From IMG/VR virus record IMGVR_UViG_2934390892_000001, positions 23,046 to 87,045 of that record: a stretch of 64,000 bases of DNA; one strand, written 5' to 3'. The notes beneath the pieces are model-generated. The model was not told the origin of the DNA and searched no databases. It worked only from the letters and a program-made list of their open reading frames with translations. The position numbers were made by a program, and so were the translations under genes. Source of the DNA: a virus. Taxonomy: Duplodnaviria > Caudoviricetes. Of this stretch, positions 36,501-46,934 are shown in pieces; positions within the stretch are counted from its first letter, which is position 1; every line of letters starts with the position of its first letter.

Positions 36501-38089
36501 CGGCCCTCGTGACGGCGCTGCAGGCGGTCGCGCCCGCACTGCTGTCCATCGTGCAGGCGGTCGTCGGCTTGCTGCCGTCGTTGACGCCTTTGATCGGGCT
36601 GGTTGCTCAACTACTGCAGGCGATCGTCCCGCTCGTCGTCCAGTTCCTGCCCATCTTCGTGACGCTGATCCAAACGCTCGCGCCGGTCGTGGTCGCCCTC
36701 GCCGGCGTGGTCGGGCAGCTGCTGGCCGCGCTCATGCCTGTAGCGGCGATCCTCATCGACCTGGCGCTCAAGATCCTCACACCCTTGATCGGGATCGTGC
36801 TTCAGGTAGTCCAGGCGCTCATGCCGCTCATCCAGGCGGTCCTGCCGGTCCTGGTCACGCTGATTCAAGCCGTGGCGCCGATCCTCGGGCTGGTAGCCAA
36901 CGTGTTCGGGCAGCTACTGCAGGCGGTCAGCCCGCTGATCGACGTGCTGCTGCAACTCGTGATGGCCGTCCTCACACCGCTGCTGCCGCTGATCGACGCG
37001 ATAGCGCCGCTGTTGACCACCATCATCGGCCTGTTCGCGCAGCTCGTGACGGCGGTCATGCCGCTGATCGAAGTCCTGCTCAACCTCATCGTCTCGGTCC
37101 TCACCCCGCTGATCGACATCATCGCGACCGTCATCTCGTGGCTCGTCGACAAGCTGGCCGTCGCGATCCAATGGGTGGCCGACATCATCAAGGTCGCCGT
37201 CCAGGCCATCGTGGACGTCTTCCAGTGGCTGTATGACCTGCTCGTCGGACACAGCATCATCCCCGACCTGATCCAGGGCATCCGCGACTGGTTCCAAAAG
37301 GGCGTCGACTGGGTGCGCGGCATCATCCAGTGGTTCGGCGAATTGCCCGGCCTGATCGGCGGCTGGCTCGGCACCGTGCTGGCCAAGGTCAGCGAGATCT
37401 GGAACAACATCCGCGAAGCCGTCTCCCAGCACATCAACCAAGTCCGGGAGACGATCTCCAACGTTGCCAACCAGATCAGCCAGCGATGGAACGAGTTCTG
37501 GGGCAACGTCGGCACCACCCTGTCCAACGCCTGGAACAACATCCGGAACGCCGTCAGCAACGGCATCAACGACGTCCTCAACTGGTTCCGCAACCTGCCC
37601 GGCCAGATCGTCGGCGTCCTCGGCAACCTGGGCGGCCTGCTCCAAGGCGTCGGCCATGACCTGATCATCGGGTTGTGGAACGGCATGGTGGCGATGTTCG
37701 ACTGGTTCAAGAACGCCATCTGGGGCTTCTTTTCCGCGATCATGCCGCAGTGGGTCAAAGACGCGCTCGGCATCGCCAGCCCATCGAAGGTCTTCATGGA
37801 GATGGGCCGAGAACTGCCCGCCGGTATGGCGATCGGCATCGAGAAGGCTTCCGGCTTGGTGGAGTCCGCCGTTCAAGGGCTGGCGGGCACCGCGACCATC
37901 GCCGCCACCACGGACGTGTCCGTCGCGTCGCCGAACGCGGGCGGTATCACGGTGGCCGGCGACCTGGTGCTGCCCGTGGACGGGCTCATCCTCGACCTGC
38001 GCAAGCCCGACCAGGCCGTCCGTCAGTTCCTGGAGCAGGTACGTGAAGGGCTCCGCGGCCTGGAGAAGGAGGCGGCGTGGGCGAACTGA
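33557..38089 (+). CDS. Tape measure protein
   Basis: 1510 aa, EVGSAYVTILPS start, amphipathic Pro-spaced repeats, LGIASPSKVF. Confidence 0.95.
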   Translation: MAAEVGSAYVTILPSARGFRRALEKELDTPIRDSGQKAGKSLGDAISKEGGPAGDRFGKNFTRSLIPSLNGATAAVGRFGVTMTAALLPSLGQVTAGIAKIGAGAGAFSLLAAGAGTAAVQVAGLVAALAPAAGALAALPGAGLLAAGALGTLKLALSGVAEGFAAAISGDFDKFMEGTKGLSAAAGEVAYELFQMAPAFQGVKEAVQNAVFGPLVGQMWSLLPAINAVTAGMVGVATQFGNAALQIVDFVRSAETIAAVQSVFESLRTSIAAMLPALRPLLDGFRDLGVVGAQWLSGLTPGIADAVARFGEFLSSAAASGKALAWMDGALVVFKQLGAILQDLGGIVSGVFGAMASAGTGALGVLGQLLDAANAWVNSASGQQALVAIFQSLAQAGKALVPVITAIATGIGALAPFVADLATAFGPILTTAIQAIVPALAAIAPSIVTVINGLGGAVQALAPALLPLGQTISGLFQTVAPVFAQIGQAAAALLPGIQAVVQGVGGAIAALGPALVPIAQGISAAFGAVGPVVAQFGQVLGGVVTAVAPLLPVVGELAATVGGTFLSAVSALTPMLGPLVSAVGQVAVVMSPLIAQVGQLAAMLLSGLLAAITPLLPALSQVAAALSGALLGAVGQIGAALLPLVPIVANLAATLGTTLAGAISTLAPLVTPIVAAVGQFVAAVTPLLGQVLQLASAILSALLPALTPLIGTFQQVVTVLGGALIQGFTTLVNAIAPLLPVLAQLVQTLVGALLPAITPLIPIVAQIAATLGGAFVQAISIIVQAVTPLIQVLGQAYQLIGQQLLAAVQSIVPYVSQFAQAIAGLAPILGQLVTAALPIMVQLIQMLAPIVGQLVTAFGTLLQALAPLLPIVVQIAGVIGQTLLSVISSLLQAVTPLLGPLGELAVTIGQVLLKAVQAVAPFVVALAKSIAQLVPVFVPLIELATQIAAQLGGILVQAITTLVTALTPVLPVIVELASQIGTALVTALQAVAPALLSIVQAVVGLLPSLTPLIGLVAQLLQAIVPLVVQFLPIFVTLIQTLAPVVVALAGVVGQLLAALMPVAAILIDLALKILTPLIGIVLQVVQALMPLIQAVLPVLVTLIQAVAPILGLVANVFGQLLQAVSPLIDVLLQLVMAVLTPLLPLIDAIAPLLTTIIGLFAQLVTAVMPLIEVLLNLIVSVLTPLIDIIATVISWLVDKLAVAIQWVADIIKVAVQAIVDVFQWLYDLLVGHSIIPDLIQGIRDWFQKGVDWVRGIIQWFGELPGLIGGWLGTVLAKVSEIWNNIREAVSQHINQVRETISNVANQISQRWNEFWGNVGTTLSNAWNNIRNAVSNGINDVLNWFRNLPGQIVGVLGNLGGLLQGVGHDLIIGLWNGMVAMFDWFKNAIWGFFSAIMPQWVKDALGIASPSKVFMEMGRELPAGMAIGIEKASGLVESAVQGLAGTATIAATTDVSVASPNAGGITVAGDLVLPVDGLILDLRKPDQAVRQFLEQVREGLRGLEKEAAWAN

Positions 38090-39255
38090 GCATCGGCCGG
38101 TACACGGTCCGCGAGACGTGGAGCGTCTCCGAGACAGGCGCCGGCGTCCTGCAGGTGGCCGGCCGTGAGGTGATGCCGCCGCTGACCCGAGCCGAGGTGG
38201 TGTACCGGTATGAGAGCGCGCTCGGGTCGCAACGTCTGCTGGTGCCGGTCGTGTGGGAGGACAAGCCCGAGAGAAGCGGCTACTACACGGTGACGTCGGC
38301 GTCCGGCGACATCATGGACCGGGCCGCTGAGGGCGTGGTGACCGCCGAGTGGAAGATGAGCCTCGCCCGGTACGGCAGCGACACCGACGTGGATCTGGAG
38401 AGCAGGCTCACGGGCGCGGTGCGGGCGAACGACTTCTCGCTGTCGGGGGAGCGCTGGCACGCTCCGCCGATTGGCCATTACGCCTACTACACCGGTTCGA
38501 CAATCCCGTCCACGATGACGCGGACCGGCTCTGACGGGGCGATGACCGTCTACCGGGGAGTCCCCGCCAACACCTCCCCGAGGTGGGGTTGCGCCGTCGG
38601 CGACTACCTGAACGGGCGGGTGCGGATCCTGTCGGTCGGCTACGAACGCGTCGGTGTCGGGCAGGCGGTGGACGCCGACGACTGGGAGATGAACAACGCC
38701 CTGGTCAGGGTTCGTCCGCTGCTGTCCGGCGGCACGCTGGAGATCTCAGCGTTCACGGGCGGGGCGTGGCGTACGAAGGCGTGGTGGGCCGACATCGGCG
38801 GGACGCAGATCGCCCGGTTCGAGGCGGCCACAATCCTCCGGAACGACCCGGAGATGTGCGTGCTGCGACTAACGGAGCATCGCTCTACGGTCGGCCGGGC
38901 GGTGCTGGACCTCACGCTCAGGCGAGGATCGCGCACGGTTGAGGGCTACCTCCAGCGAGGTGACTCGGGGACGCTCAGCGTCTACCTGGCGACCGCCGAG
39001 AGCATGACCGACAGCACCTCGTACGTGGTGAAGACGACCAACGACGCCGACGGCAACCGCGCCATCGCAGGCAGCGCGCGGAACTTCGATCCACACGCGT
39101 CGGGCGGTCTGACCAAGACGTCCACCACATGGCTGGACTTCTACATCGGCGTGGTCGCAGCGGGCGGATCGGCCGTCTCGGGGGATCAAGCCACCAACCT
39201 CAGGGATCAGTACATCGCCTGCATGCCGGAGACCACGATGGCGGTGAAGCGGTGA
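38077..39255 (+). CDS. Minor tail protein (distal tail-like)
   Basis: Directly follows the tape measure gene. Confidence 0.7.
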   Translation: MGELSIGRYTVRETWSVSETGAGVLQVAGREVMPPLTRAEVVYRYESALGSQRLLVPVVWEDKPERSGYYTVTSASGDIMDRAAEGVVTAEWKMSLARYGSDTDVDLESRLTGAVRANDFSLSGERWHAPPIGHYAYYTGSTIPSTMTRTGSDGAMTVYRGVPANTSPRWGCAVGDYLNGRVRILSVGYERVGVGQAVDADDWEMNNALVRVRPLLSGGTLEISAFTGGAWRTKAWWADIGGTQIARFEAATILRNDPEMCVLRLTEHRSTVGRAVLDLTLRRGSRTVEGYLQRGDSGTLSVYLATAESMTDSTSYVVKTTNDADGNRAIAGSARNFDPHASGGLTKTSTTWLDFYIGVVAAGGSAVSGDQATNLRDQYIACMPETTMAVKR

Positions 39256-42068
39256 CCGTCAACGAACAGCTGATGGGGCTCGGGTCGTGGGGCATCACCC
39301 TGGACGAGCGGACCCCACGCGAGATCCTTGACCGGCTGGCCTACTTCGGCCACGTCGCGATCGTCCCCGGCAGGGTGAACCCGGCGGAGTACAACGATGC
39401 CCTGCTGGCCATGGCCCGGTACGTGGGTGTGGTCACGAAGCGGGAGTTCGACGACGTCAAGCGCATCGGCGGCCAGGGCATGGCGCTCTGGCTGGGCGAC
39501 TCCGACGACAAGGGCGAGGTGTTCGAGTCGCCGGTGAACATCACCGGGCAGACGTTCCCGAGCGCCATCAGCATCCTGCTCGGCTCCAGCACTGCAGTGG
39601 TCGCAGGCACCTTGTACTCGGCGGCGGGTGCGTACTCCGGCCAGCACGTGTGGCAGTCCCGCGGCAAGGCGATCGACTACGTCTGCCAGACCATGAACTG
39701 CGAGTGGAGGGTGAACGGTAACGCCACCCTCGACGCCGGCCCGATCGCGAACCTGTTTGTCACCTCTCCGACGTGTGTGGTGGTCCGTAAGGACGCGGGC
39801 AAGGATTTGATGCTGACCGGCCTGACCGGCGACATGACCTTGTCGCGGGACGTGGAGGACTTCACGACGCGTGTGGTGCTGCTGGCGGAGGGCGAGGGCG
39901 AGTCAACTGCCACGGGCAGCGCGAACATCATCTCCAACCCTTACCTGGACATCAGGGGGAACCCGATCAAGAGGGTGCGGCTGGTCAGCGAGTCGGCCAC
40001 CTCGACGGGAAACGCGGACACTCGCGCCCAGTTGCAGCTCAACCGCTTCACGGGGACTCGGAACGCGCTGAAACTGTCGGCGCAGAACTTCGAGTTCGAC
40101 GGGTCGTTCAAGACTGGCGACTACGTGTGGGTGTACGACCCGGACGCGGGTCTGTTCGACACGAGCCAGGAGATCACGTTCAGGGGCCAGCGGATCAACC
40201 CGATCAAGTTGCGGGTAGTCGAGACGTCATGGCCGGTCACGGATCAGATGACGGTCGCCTACCGGCACCAGGACGGTTCGTGGATCAACCTGACCGACTT
40301 CTTCGACCCTGAGGAGGGGTCGACGTCGATCGGTGTGGGGGAGCTGTCCCGGTCCTTGACGAACGCGGGGACTGAGCCTGTCGGGCCGAGACCGATCCCC
40401 GACACGACGGTGCCGGGCACCGTCACCTGGGATCTCCCATTCACTACGGGCGTCTACCTGGACGCGCTGGGGTTCACCAAAGCTCGGATCCTGGTGTCGT
40501 GGCTGTTGCCGCTGAACGTCGACGGCTCCACCGTCTTGGACGGCTCGCACTACGAGATCCGGTACGGGATCAGCCCTGCGACTGACTGGCAGATCGAGTT
40601 CGCGCCGTGGGGGACATTCCAGGCCAACATCCTGGACCTGTCGCCCGGCGTGGACTACGACTTCCAGATCCGAGCCGTGGATTTGGCCGGGAACCAGGGC
40701 GCCTGGTCTGCGACGGAGACGGCGACAGCGAACCCGGACACGATTCCACCGAGCACGCCCGCCGCGCCCACCGTGGCCGCGTCGCTGATCGCCATCCAGA
40801 TCACCCACCAGTTGGGCAAGGCGAGTGGCGGCACGTTCAACCTCGAACTCGACCTCGACCACCTTGAAGTGCATGTCGGCGCAACGTCGGGGTTCACGCC
40901 CGACAGCACGACGCTTCGCGGCAAGGTGGCTGCGAACGCCGGGATGATGCAGGCGAACATCGCCGCTGTCGGCACGGTTCCCGAGTCGAATACGTCCTTG
41001 CGCCAGGTGAAGGTGATCGCGGTCGATCAGGCCGGGAACCGGTCGTCGGCGTCGGCCGCCGCCTCGGTGACCGCGCTGCTGATCGATGACGCGCACATCA
41101 CCGACTTGACCGTCTCCAAGGTCACGGCGGGCACCATCTCGGCGAACTGGCTGATCGGAGCCAGCATCAGGACCGCAAGCAGCGGCCAGAGGGTCGAGCT
41201 AAACACGTCCGGGCTGCAGATGTTCAACTCGGCGAACACGCTGCTGGTCAGCTTGGCGCCGACCGGGGTGTTCTTTCTCCGGTCCGCTACGACCGGGGCG
41301 CGCATCGACATCTCCACCGTCACCGGACTGGAGCTCTACAACAGCGGCGGCACCCGCACCGTGTCGCTGGATGTGGACGGAACCTTCGAGTTGCGCAGCG
41401 CCGCATCTGGCGCGCGCATCCAGTTGGATGGCACAGGCTTCCAGGCATTCAACGGCAGCGGCGTCCAGACCGTCAACATCACATCGAGCGGTACTGCGAC
41501 CATTATCGGCGAAATCCGTTCCGCTGACACCGGTCGTCGGGCTGTGTTCAACCCGAGTGGGGCGGGCAACCCCGAGATTCGCTTCTACCCACAGACCGGC
41601 ACCAAGTACGCCTACGTAACCTCACCCCTGTCGGTGGACCAGTCCGAACTCGATATCGGCATGTCGGTTGCCGGAGGGAATGGACGCCGTGGCGCGCTGT
41701 ATCTCGGGTCTGGGTTTTGCATGCTCGAAAACGACGGCGGCACGGGGAAGACGGCGGCCATCGCTTTGGTCTCCGGCAACGACGCCCAAAGCGGCGTTAT
41801 CCTGCGTGGTTACATGAGGAGCGATCAGTACGACGACGCTTCCTTCACGGCGGGTTCGCCCCTCGTGTCGGGCACTAGCGGCACGATCACATATCCGCTG
41901 ATCCACGCCTATCAGATGTACCCGGTTGCGACGCCTCGCGCAGGGAACGCGGTGCCGTTCAGCGTGAACGGTTGGGGCGACAACTATTTCACCTGGCTCA
42001 ACGGCGGTCCCGGATTCTCGGGCTCGGACAGGATCACCTACTGGTCGGTAAGGCTGTGGAACCCGTGA
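39252..42068 (+). CDS. Tail tip / central fibre protein with a fibronectin III-like domain and beta repeats
   Basis: LSPGVDYDFQIRAVDLAGNQGAWS; repeated RSA.SG.R..L...G....NS.G. Confidence 0.8.
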   Translation: MTVNEQLMGLGSWGITLDERTPREILDRLAYFGHVAIVPGRVNPAEYNDALLAMARYVGVVTKREFDDVKRIGGQGMALWLGDSDDKGEVFESPVNITGQTFPSAISILLGSSTAVVAGTLYSAAGAYSGQHVWQSRGKAIDYVCQTMNCEWRVNGNATLDAGPIANLFVTSPTCVVVRKDAGKDLMLTGLTGDMTLSRDVEDFTTRVVLLAEGEGESTATGSANIISNPYLDIRGNPIKRVRLVSESATSTGNADTRAQLQLNRFTGTRNALKLSAQNFEFDGSFKTGDYVWVYDPDAGLFDTSQEITFRGQRINPIKLRVVETSWPVTDQMTVAYRHQDGSWINLTDFFDPEEGSTSIGVGELSRSLTNAGTEPVGPRPIPDTTVPGTVTWDLPFTTGVYLDALGFTKARILVSWLLPLNVDGSTVLDGSHYEIRYGISPATDWQIEFAPWGTFQANILDLSPGVDYDFQIRAVDLAGNQGAWSATETATANPDTIPPSTPAAPTVAASLIAIQITHQLGKASGGTFNLELDLDHLEVHVGATSGFTPDSTTLRGKVAANAGMMQANIAAVGTVPESNTSLRQVKVIAVDQAGNRSSASAAASVTALLIDDAHITDLTVSKVTAGTISANWLIGASIRTASSGQRVELNTSGLQMFNSANTLLVSLAPTGVFFLRSATTGARIDISTVTGLELYNSGGTRTVSLDVDGTFELRSAASGARIQLDGTGFQAFNGSGVQTVNITSSGTATIIGEIRSADTGRRAVFNPSGAGNPEIRFYPQTGTKYAYVTSPLSVDQSELDIGMSVAGGNGRRGALYLGSGFCMLENDGGTGKTAAIALVSGNDAQSGVILRGYMRSDQYDDASFTAGSPLVSGTSGTITYPLIHAYQMYPVATPRAGNAVPFSVNGWGDNYFTWLNGGPGFSGSDRITYWSVRLWNP

Positions 42069-42586
42069 GCGACTGGAAGATCCTCGACGTCCTTGAAGAC
42101 CTTGGGGCGGGGGACGGGGAGCGACTGCTGATCACCTATTCGGTGCCGACGAAGCACGCCCCGGACGGGGTGTACTCGTATTCGTTCCCGAAGGACAGCT
42201 TCAACGTGTACGCCGCCGTCTACGGCTACGACATCAGCGACGAGCGGGATAGGCAAGACCTGTTCGACCACGTCGTCCACCAGGCGTACCTGAACACGAT
42301 CCTGGCCGAGCAGGACGCCGATGATGAGTTCCTCAAGCACCCGATGAAGGTTGGCCGGGCGCGCGCTAAGCAGGTGGCTAAGGATCGGCTGACAGAGCAC
42401 CGCGCCGTCCTGCCCGTGGCCGCGCCAGCCGACGAGGCGAGGGCCGGTAGGGCGCGGCTTGGCCTCAAAGCGAACCTGTCGGCGGATGTGATGCAGCATC
42501 TGCGAAGCCACATGGACACGGCGTTGAGCGCATCCCGGATCCGCGACGTGAAAGACGTAGTAGAAGGGAGACGTCGTGTCGTCTGA
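42065..42586 (+). CDS. Hypothetical tail-associated protein
   Basis: GTGA overlap with the tail tip gene. Confidence 0.65.
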   Translation: MSDWKILDVLEDLGAGDGERLLITYSVPTKHAPDGVYSYSFPKDSFNVYAAVYGYDISDERDRQDLFDHVVHQAYLNTILAEQDADDEFLKHPMKVGRARAKQVAKDRLTEHRAVLPVAAPADEARAGRARLGLKANLSADVMQHLRSHMDTALSASRIRDVKDVVEGRRRVV

Positions 42587-42755
42587 TCAGCCCATCTCAC
42601 TGCCTGCTGACGCGGTGCTTGCGGTGGTCGAGGGCCAGCGGAACTCGGCACACACCGAACTGGCCAAGGCGCAGGTGCTTATCAATCAACTCGCGGCCGA
42701 GCGAGACGAGGCGCGTGCCGAGGTCGAGCGGGTGCGCGGTGCACCTGACGCTTAA
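42576..42755 (+). CDS. 59-aa coiled-coil protein (not in the ORF track)
   Basis: AAGGGAG RBS; ELAKAQVLINQLAAERDEARAEVERV. Confidence 0.55.
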   Translation: MSSDQPISLPADAVLAVVEGQRNSAHTELAKAQVLINQLAAERDEARAEVERVRGAPDA

Positions 42756-43426
42756 GGCTTGTCGGCCGTCACCTGGCACACGGCGTACGCGCCGGTCGCC
42801 TTCGACTCGCGGATGACCTTGCCGTCCACCTTGATCCGGCACTCGATGACGCCCTTGTCGCCCGCGTTCTGCACCCACAGGTAGAGGCGCGGCTGGTCGC
42901 CGTCGAAGGCCAGTTCCTTGCTGTACGGAAGCGCCACACCCGACTCCTGCTTGATGGTGAAGTCCTGGCTCCAGGTGATGTTCATCGCCGAGGTGGCGCC
43001 GTCCGTGCCGATCGCTTCGAGCGTCACCTTGTGCCCGCCCTGCTGCTGCGCGCCGGTCGCCTCGCCGGGCTGCGGTGACACGCCGAGACGCGTCCGCACC
43101 ACCGCAGGCTGTGAGGGCGACGCCGCCGTGTACAGGACCGACGAGATCGCGCCGGTGAAGCTGAGCACCCAGAACAGCAGCCACGTGCCGGTCAGGAACC
43201 AACCGAGGATCGTCCCCGCCAGAGCTATGCCGCGCCCGTCCGTGCCGTCCCTCCGGATCTGGCCGAGCGACACGTGCCCGAACACGACGGCCAGGATCGA
43301 CGTGAACCCGCACGTCAGGAAGCCGGTAAGGCCGAGCACCAGAGCGGCAACAGCTAAGCCGTTCGTGCGGCGTTCGGGAGCCGGCGGCGCGTACGGGAAC
43401 TGGCCAGGCTGCTGCGGGTAACCCAT
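42752..43426 (-). CDS. DUF4190 membrane protein with an MmpS-like C-terminal domain
   Basis: TNGLAVAALVLG...VFGHVSLGQIRR...GRGIALAG.ILG; IECRIKVDG...VC. Confidence 0.8.
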   Translation of the reverse strand: MGYPQQPGQFPYAPPAPERRTNGLAVAALVLGLTGFLTCGFTSILAVVFGHVSLGQIRRDGTDGRGIALAGTILGWFLTGTWLLFWVLSFTGAISSVLYTAASPSQPAVVRTRLGVSPQPGEATGAQQQGGHKVTLEAIGTDGATSAMNITWSQDFTIKQESGVALPYSKELAFDGDQPRLYLWVQNAGDKGVIECRIKVDGKVIRESKATGAYAVCQVTADKP

Positions 43427-43602
43427 GACGGCGACTCCAGATCTGGGACTCGTGAGACGCCTACTGGCCGCCCCCTCGTTCACTACACGGAATGTCCGCA
43501 AATGGACGCCTTGCGTTACATCAGCAGGCCCCTTGATCGTGCCGCCCGTTCTGTTGAGAGTGCAGTCGGGCGGCACACCCTCTTTCCCCCGCTAGGAGTG
43601 AC

Positions 43603-44569
<967 letters not shown>

Positions 44570-44571
44570 TC

Positions 44572-44736
44572 GTGAGCGAGAAGACCGAAGCGGAGCTGAC
44601 CTCCGAGGGCGTGGATACCCGCGGGTGGGGGTCTACCGAGGACGACGAGGAAGAGGTCCTAGCCTCGCTCGGCTACGTCCTCAACCCGCAGACCGGCATC
44701 TACGAGGGTGACGGGCATCCGGAGGCGGAACTGTGA
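44572..44736 (+). CDS. Small acidic protein
   Basis: GGAGG RBS; GTGA overlap with the endolysin. Confidence 0.5.
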   Translation: MSEKTEAELTSEGVDTRGWGSTEDDEEEVLASLGYVLNPQTGIYEGDGHPEAEL

Positions 44737-45512
44737 CCGCCGCGGCGATGCTGGCGCAGACGCGCAAGGTGCTCGGGTGGGGGGAGCCGAACGCCATCCA
44801 CGCCTGGTACGCCGGCCGCAACGGCGCCGAGTTCCGTCCCGGTTCGACGCCGTGGTGCGAGATGACGGTGACGTGGGCGGCCTTCCACTCTGGCAACTAC
44901 GAAGCTGTATGCCCGAACGGCGACAGGGCCTACACGGTGTACGGGGCTGAGGACGGCCGCAATCTGGGCCGCTGGTACGCGGGCACTGCGGAGAACATCC
45001 GCAAGCATGCCAAGCCGGGGGCGATCATCTACTTCGACTGGGATGGCAGCGACACCATCTCCCGCGTCGACCACGTCGGCGTGGTCGAACGCAACCTGGG
45101 CGACGGCCGGGTGCAGACCATCGAAGGCAACTCCGACGACATGGGTAAGCGGCGAGTCCGCGGCCCGAGCGTCGTCGCCGGCTTCTGGAACCCGCCCTAC
45201 GGAAAGACGAACGAGGAGGACGACGTGAGCGCCAAGGAGCTGTGGCAGCACGAACTGGCGGTGCCGTTCGGCAGCAAGGAGAACCCGGAGTGGCAGGCCG
45301 GGAACGTGCTGGTCAACTCGGCGAAGTGGCTGTACGAGATGCGCGCCCGGATGGCGTCGATGGAGGCGAAGCTGGACGCGCAGAACGCCACCATCAAGAC
45401 GCTCGCCGACGCGCTCGCGGCGCAGAACGCCAACCTGGACGTGGACGCGCTGATCGAGCAGATCCGGACAGCGCTGGACAACGTGTCCGTCCACCTCGAA
45501 GTCGGCAAGTAA
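44733..45512 (+). CDS. Endolysin (CHAP-type amidase/peptidase)
   Basis: PWC.M.V.W...PG.IIYFDW....DHVGVVE...TIEGNS. Confidence 0.88.
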   Translation: MTAAAMLAQTRKVLGWGEPNAIHAWYAGRNGAEFRPGSTPWCEMTVTWAAFHSGNYEAVCPNGDRAYTVYGAEDGRNLGRWYAGTAENIRKHAKPGAIIYFDWDGSDTISRVDHVGVVERNLGDGRVQTIEGNSDDMGKRRVRGPSVVAGFWNPPYGKTNEEDDVSAKELWQHELAVPFGSKENPEWQAGNVLVNSAKWLYEMRARMASMEAKLDAQNATIKTLADALAAQNANLDVDALIEQIRTALDNVSVHLEVGK

Positions 45513-45744
45513 CCGGCCTGCGTGGACGGCCTCTGGCTGCGCTACTGGCCGTACCAATCCTTCCTGCCGCGGCATCCCGAGCCTGCGGAGGAGCGACAGC
45601 CCGAAGACGGGCGCACGCCCGGCCTCATCGACGAGGCCAACTGATCAGCGAACTCTTTCCTGTCTGGAAGTAGTTCGCCGCCGAGCGCTTCACCCCGACG
45701 TGAGGCGCTCTTCTCATGTCACCTCCTCAAGGAGCATCCTCGAA

Positions 45745-46299
45745 ATGCGCATCTCCAAGAGCGCTTCCCTCTTCGCTGGCGTCCTGATCGCCGCGAGCCT
45801 GTCCACCAGCCCAGCATCGGCGGTCACCACGGTTGACGTGCCAGGCGATGTCCTGCGGATCGTCGAGGTCGGCACCGACGCCATGGGCGCGGACAGCTAC
45901 GCGAACCGTAACCGCGAGTTCGTGAAGTTCCAGAACGTGTCCAATGCCCCGGTCGATGTCGCCGGCGTCCTGGTCGAGGACAACTGGGCTCACGCCAGAA
46001 CGGTGGGGGGCGACGCCCACACCTGCAACACGTACAAGATCGTGGACCTGCCTTCCAACGCCACCACCATGGTCCAGCCCAACGAGTACGTGACCGTGTT
46101 CAACGGCTCCCGGTGGGGTGGTAACCGCAAGGTCGGCAGCGAGTACCAGCTGTTCGCCAACAGCGACACCGACTGCGGCACGTTCGGCCAGTTCTACAAC
46201 AACGACGCCGACACCGCCTGGGTGACCAAGGCCAACGGCGCCGACGTCTACTCCAGCAAGTCGTGGGACTGGAACGGCGGCTACACCGTCAAGCCTTGA
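45745..46299 (+). CDS. Secreted lamin-tail-domain-like protein
   Basis: Signal peptide ending PASA; NREFVKFQNVSNAPVDVAG...YNNDADTA. Confidence 0.7.
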   Translation: MRISKSASLFAGVLIAASLSTSPASAVTTVDVPGDVLRIVEVGTDAMGADSYANRNREFVKFQNVSNAPVDVAGVLVEDNWAHARTVGGDAHTCNTYKIVDLPSNATTMVQPNEYVTVFNGSRWGGNRKVGSEYQLFANSDTDCGTFGQFYNNDADTAWVTKANGADVYSSKSWDWNGGYTVKP

Positions 46300-46351
46300 C
46301 ACCAGCTCAAGCTTCCCGCCGCAGGTGCGGGCTTGTCCCTGAGGAGGGGCT

Positions 46352-46732
46352 ATGAAGATCTTCGGTCGTGAACCGGCGGTCATCCTTCACGCGCTTCAGG
46401 CGGTGCTGGCGTTCCTCGTCACCCTGCCCGCGCTCAACCAGCTCGGCCTGACGGAGGAGGTGTCCGGCTGGGTCATGACTCTGGCCGCTGGCGCCGTCGC
46501 TCTGCTGGTCGCCATGGCTACCCGTCCGCTCGTCGTGTCGGCGCTTACCGGCGCCGTGCAGACGCTCCTGACCGGGTTCGTGGCGTTCGGGCTGCCGCTG
46601 TCCGAGCAGTCGTCGGGCGCGCTGATCGCGGCGCTGAACGTCGTCCTGATGCTGCTGATGCCGCTCGGCCTCACACCCGCTGCTGACCCTGCTCCGGGGT
46701 TCGTGCGTGCGGAGCGGCAGATCGTCCGCTGA
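46352..46732 (+). CDS. Holin
   Basis: MKIFGREPA start, four hydrophobic segments. Confidence 0.8.
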   Translation: MKIFGREPAVILHALQAVLAFLVTLPALNQLGLTEEVSGWVMTLAAGAVALLVAMATRPLVVSALTGAVQTLLTGFVAFGLPLSEQSSGALIAALNVVLMLLMPLGLTPAADPAPGFVRAERQIVR

Positions 46733-46733
46733 G

Positions 46734-46755
46734 TGTCAGCCTGGCTCGCTAGGCT
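46734..46755 (+). promoter_or_regulatory. PafBC/RecA-ND-type DNA-damage promoter motif
   Basis: TGTCAG-N10-TAGGCT versus consensus TGTCRG-N10-TAnnnT. Confidence 0.65.
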
Positions 46756-46760
46756 GACTT

Positions 46761-46928
46761 GCCCGCCTCTGCCACAGGACGCTGTGGCACCCGCTCACGC
46801 GGTACAGCGGCGGGGGCGCTCTCGTCGTCTAGTGGCCCAGGACGCCGCCAGGAGTAGGGATCGAGTCCCGCCCGTGAGGGCAGGTGGCCTCCCTGGCGGA
46901 GACGCCGGTTCGGATCCGGTCGAGAGCG
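46761..46928 (+). ncRNA. tRNA-Glu-like structured RNA (core 46818-46928) lacking an anticodon loop, with a structured 5' leader
   Basis: Acceptor GCTCTCG/CGAGAGC, D arm GTCT-AGTGGCCCA-GGAC, anticodon stem CCGCC/GGCGG enclosing 45 nt, T arm GCCGG-TTCGGAT-CCGGT; no encoded CCA. Confidence 0.8.
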
Positions 46929-46934
46929 CGTACG

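Noticed and set aside
33557-38089. Tape measure repeats as a novel repeat system
   Set aside because: Ordinary amphipathic periodicity of tape measure proteins
39252-42068. Diversity-generating retroelement target in the tail tip
   Set aside because: No reverse transcriptase and no template/variable repeat pair seen in the window
46818-46928. Canonical tRNA-Glu gene or attB/attR tRNA remnant
   Set aside because: There is no 7-nt anticodon loop or CCA, and both halves are present with a fully paired acceptor stem, unlike a 3' att fragment; kept as an ncRNA
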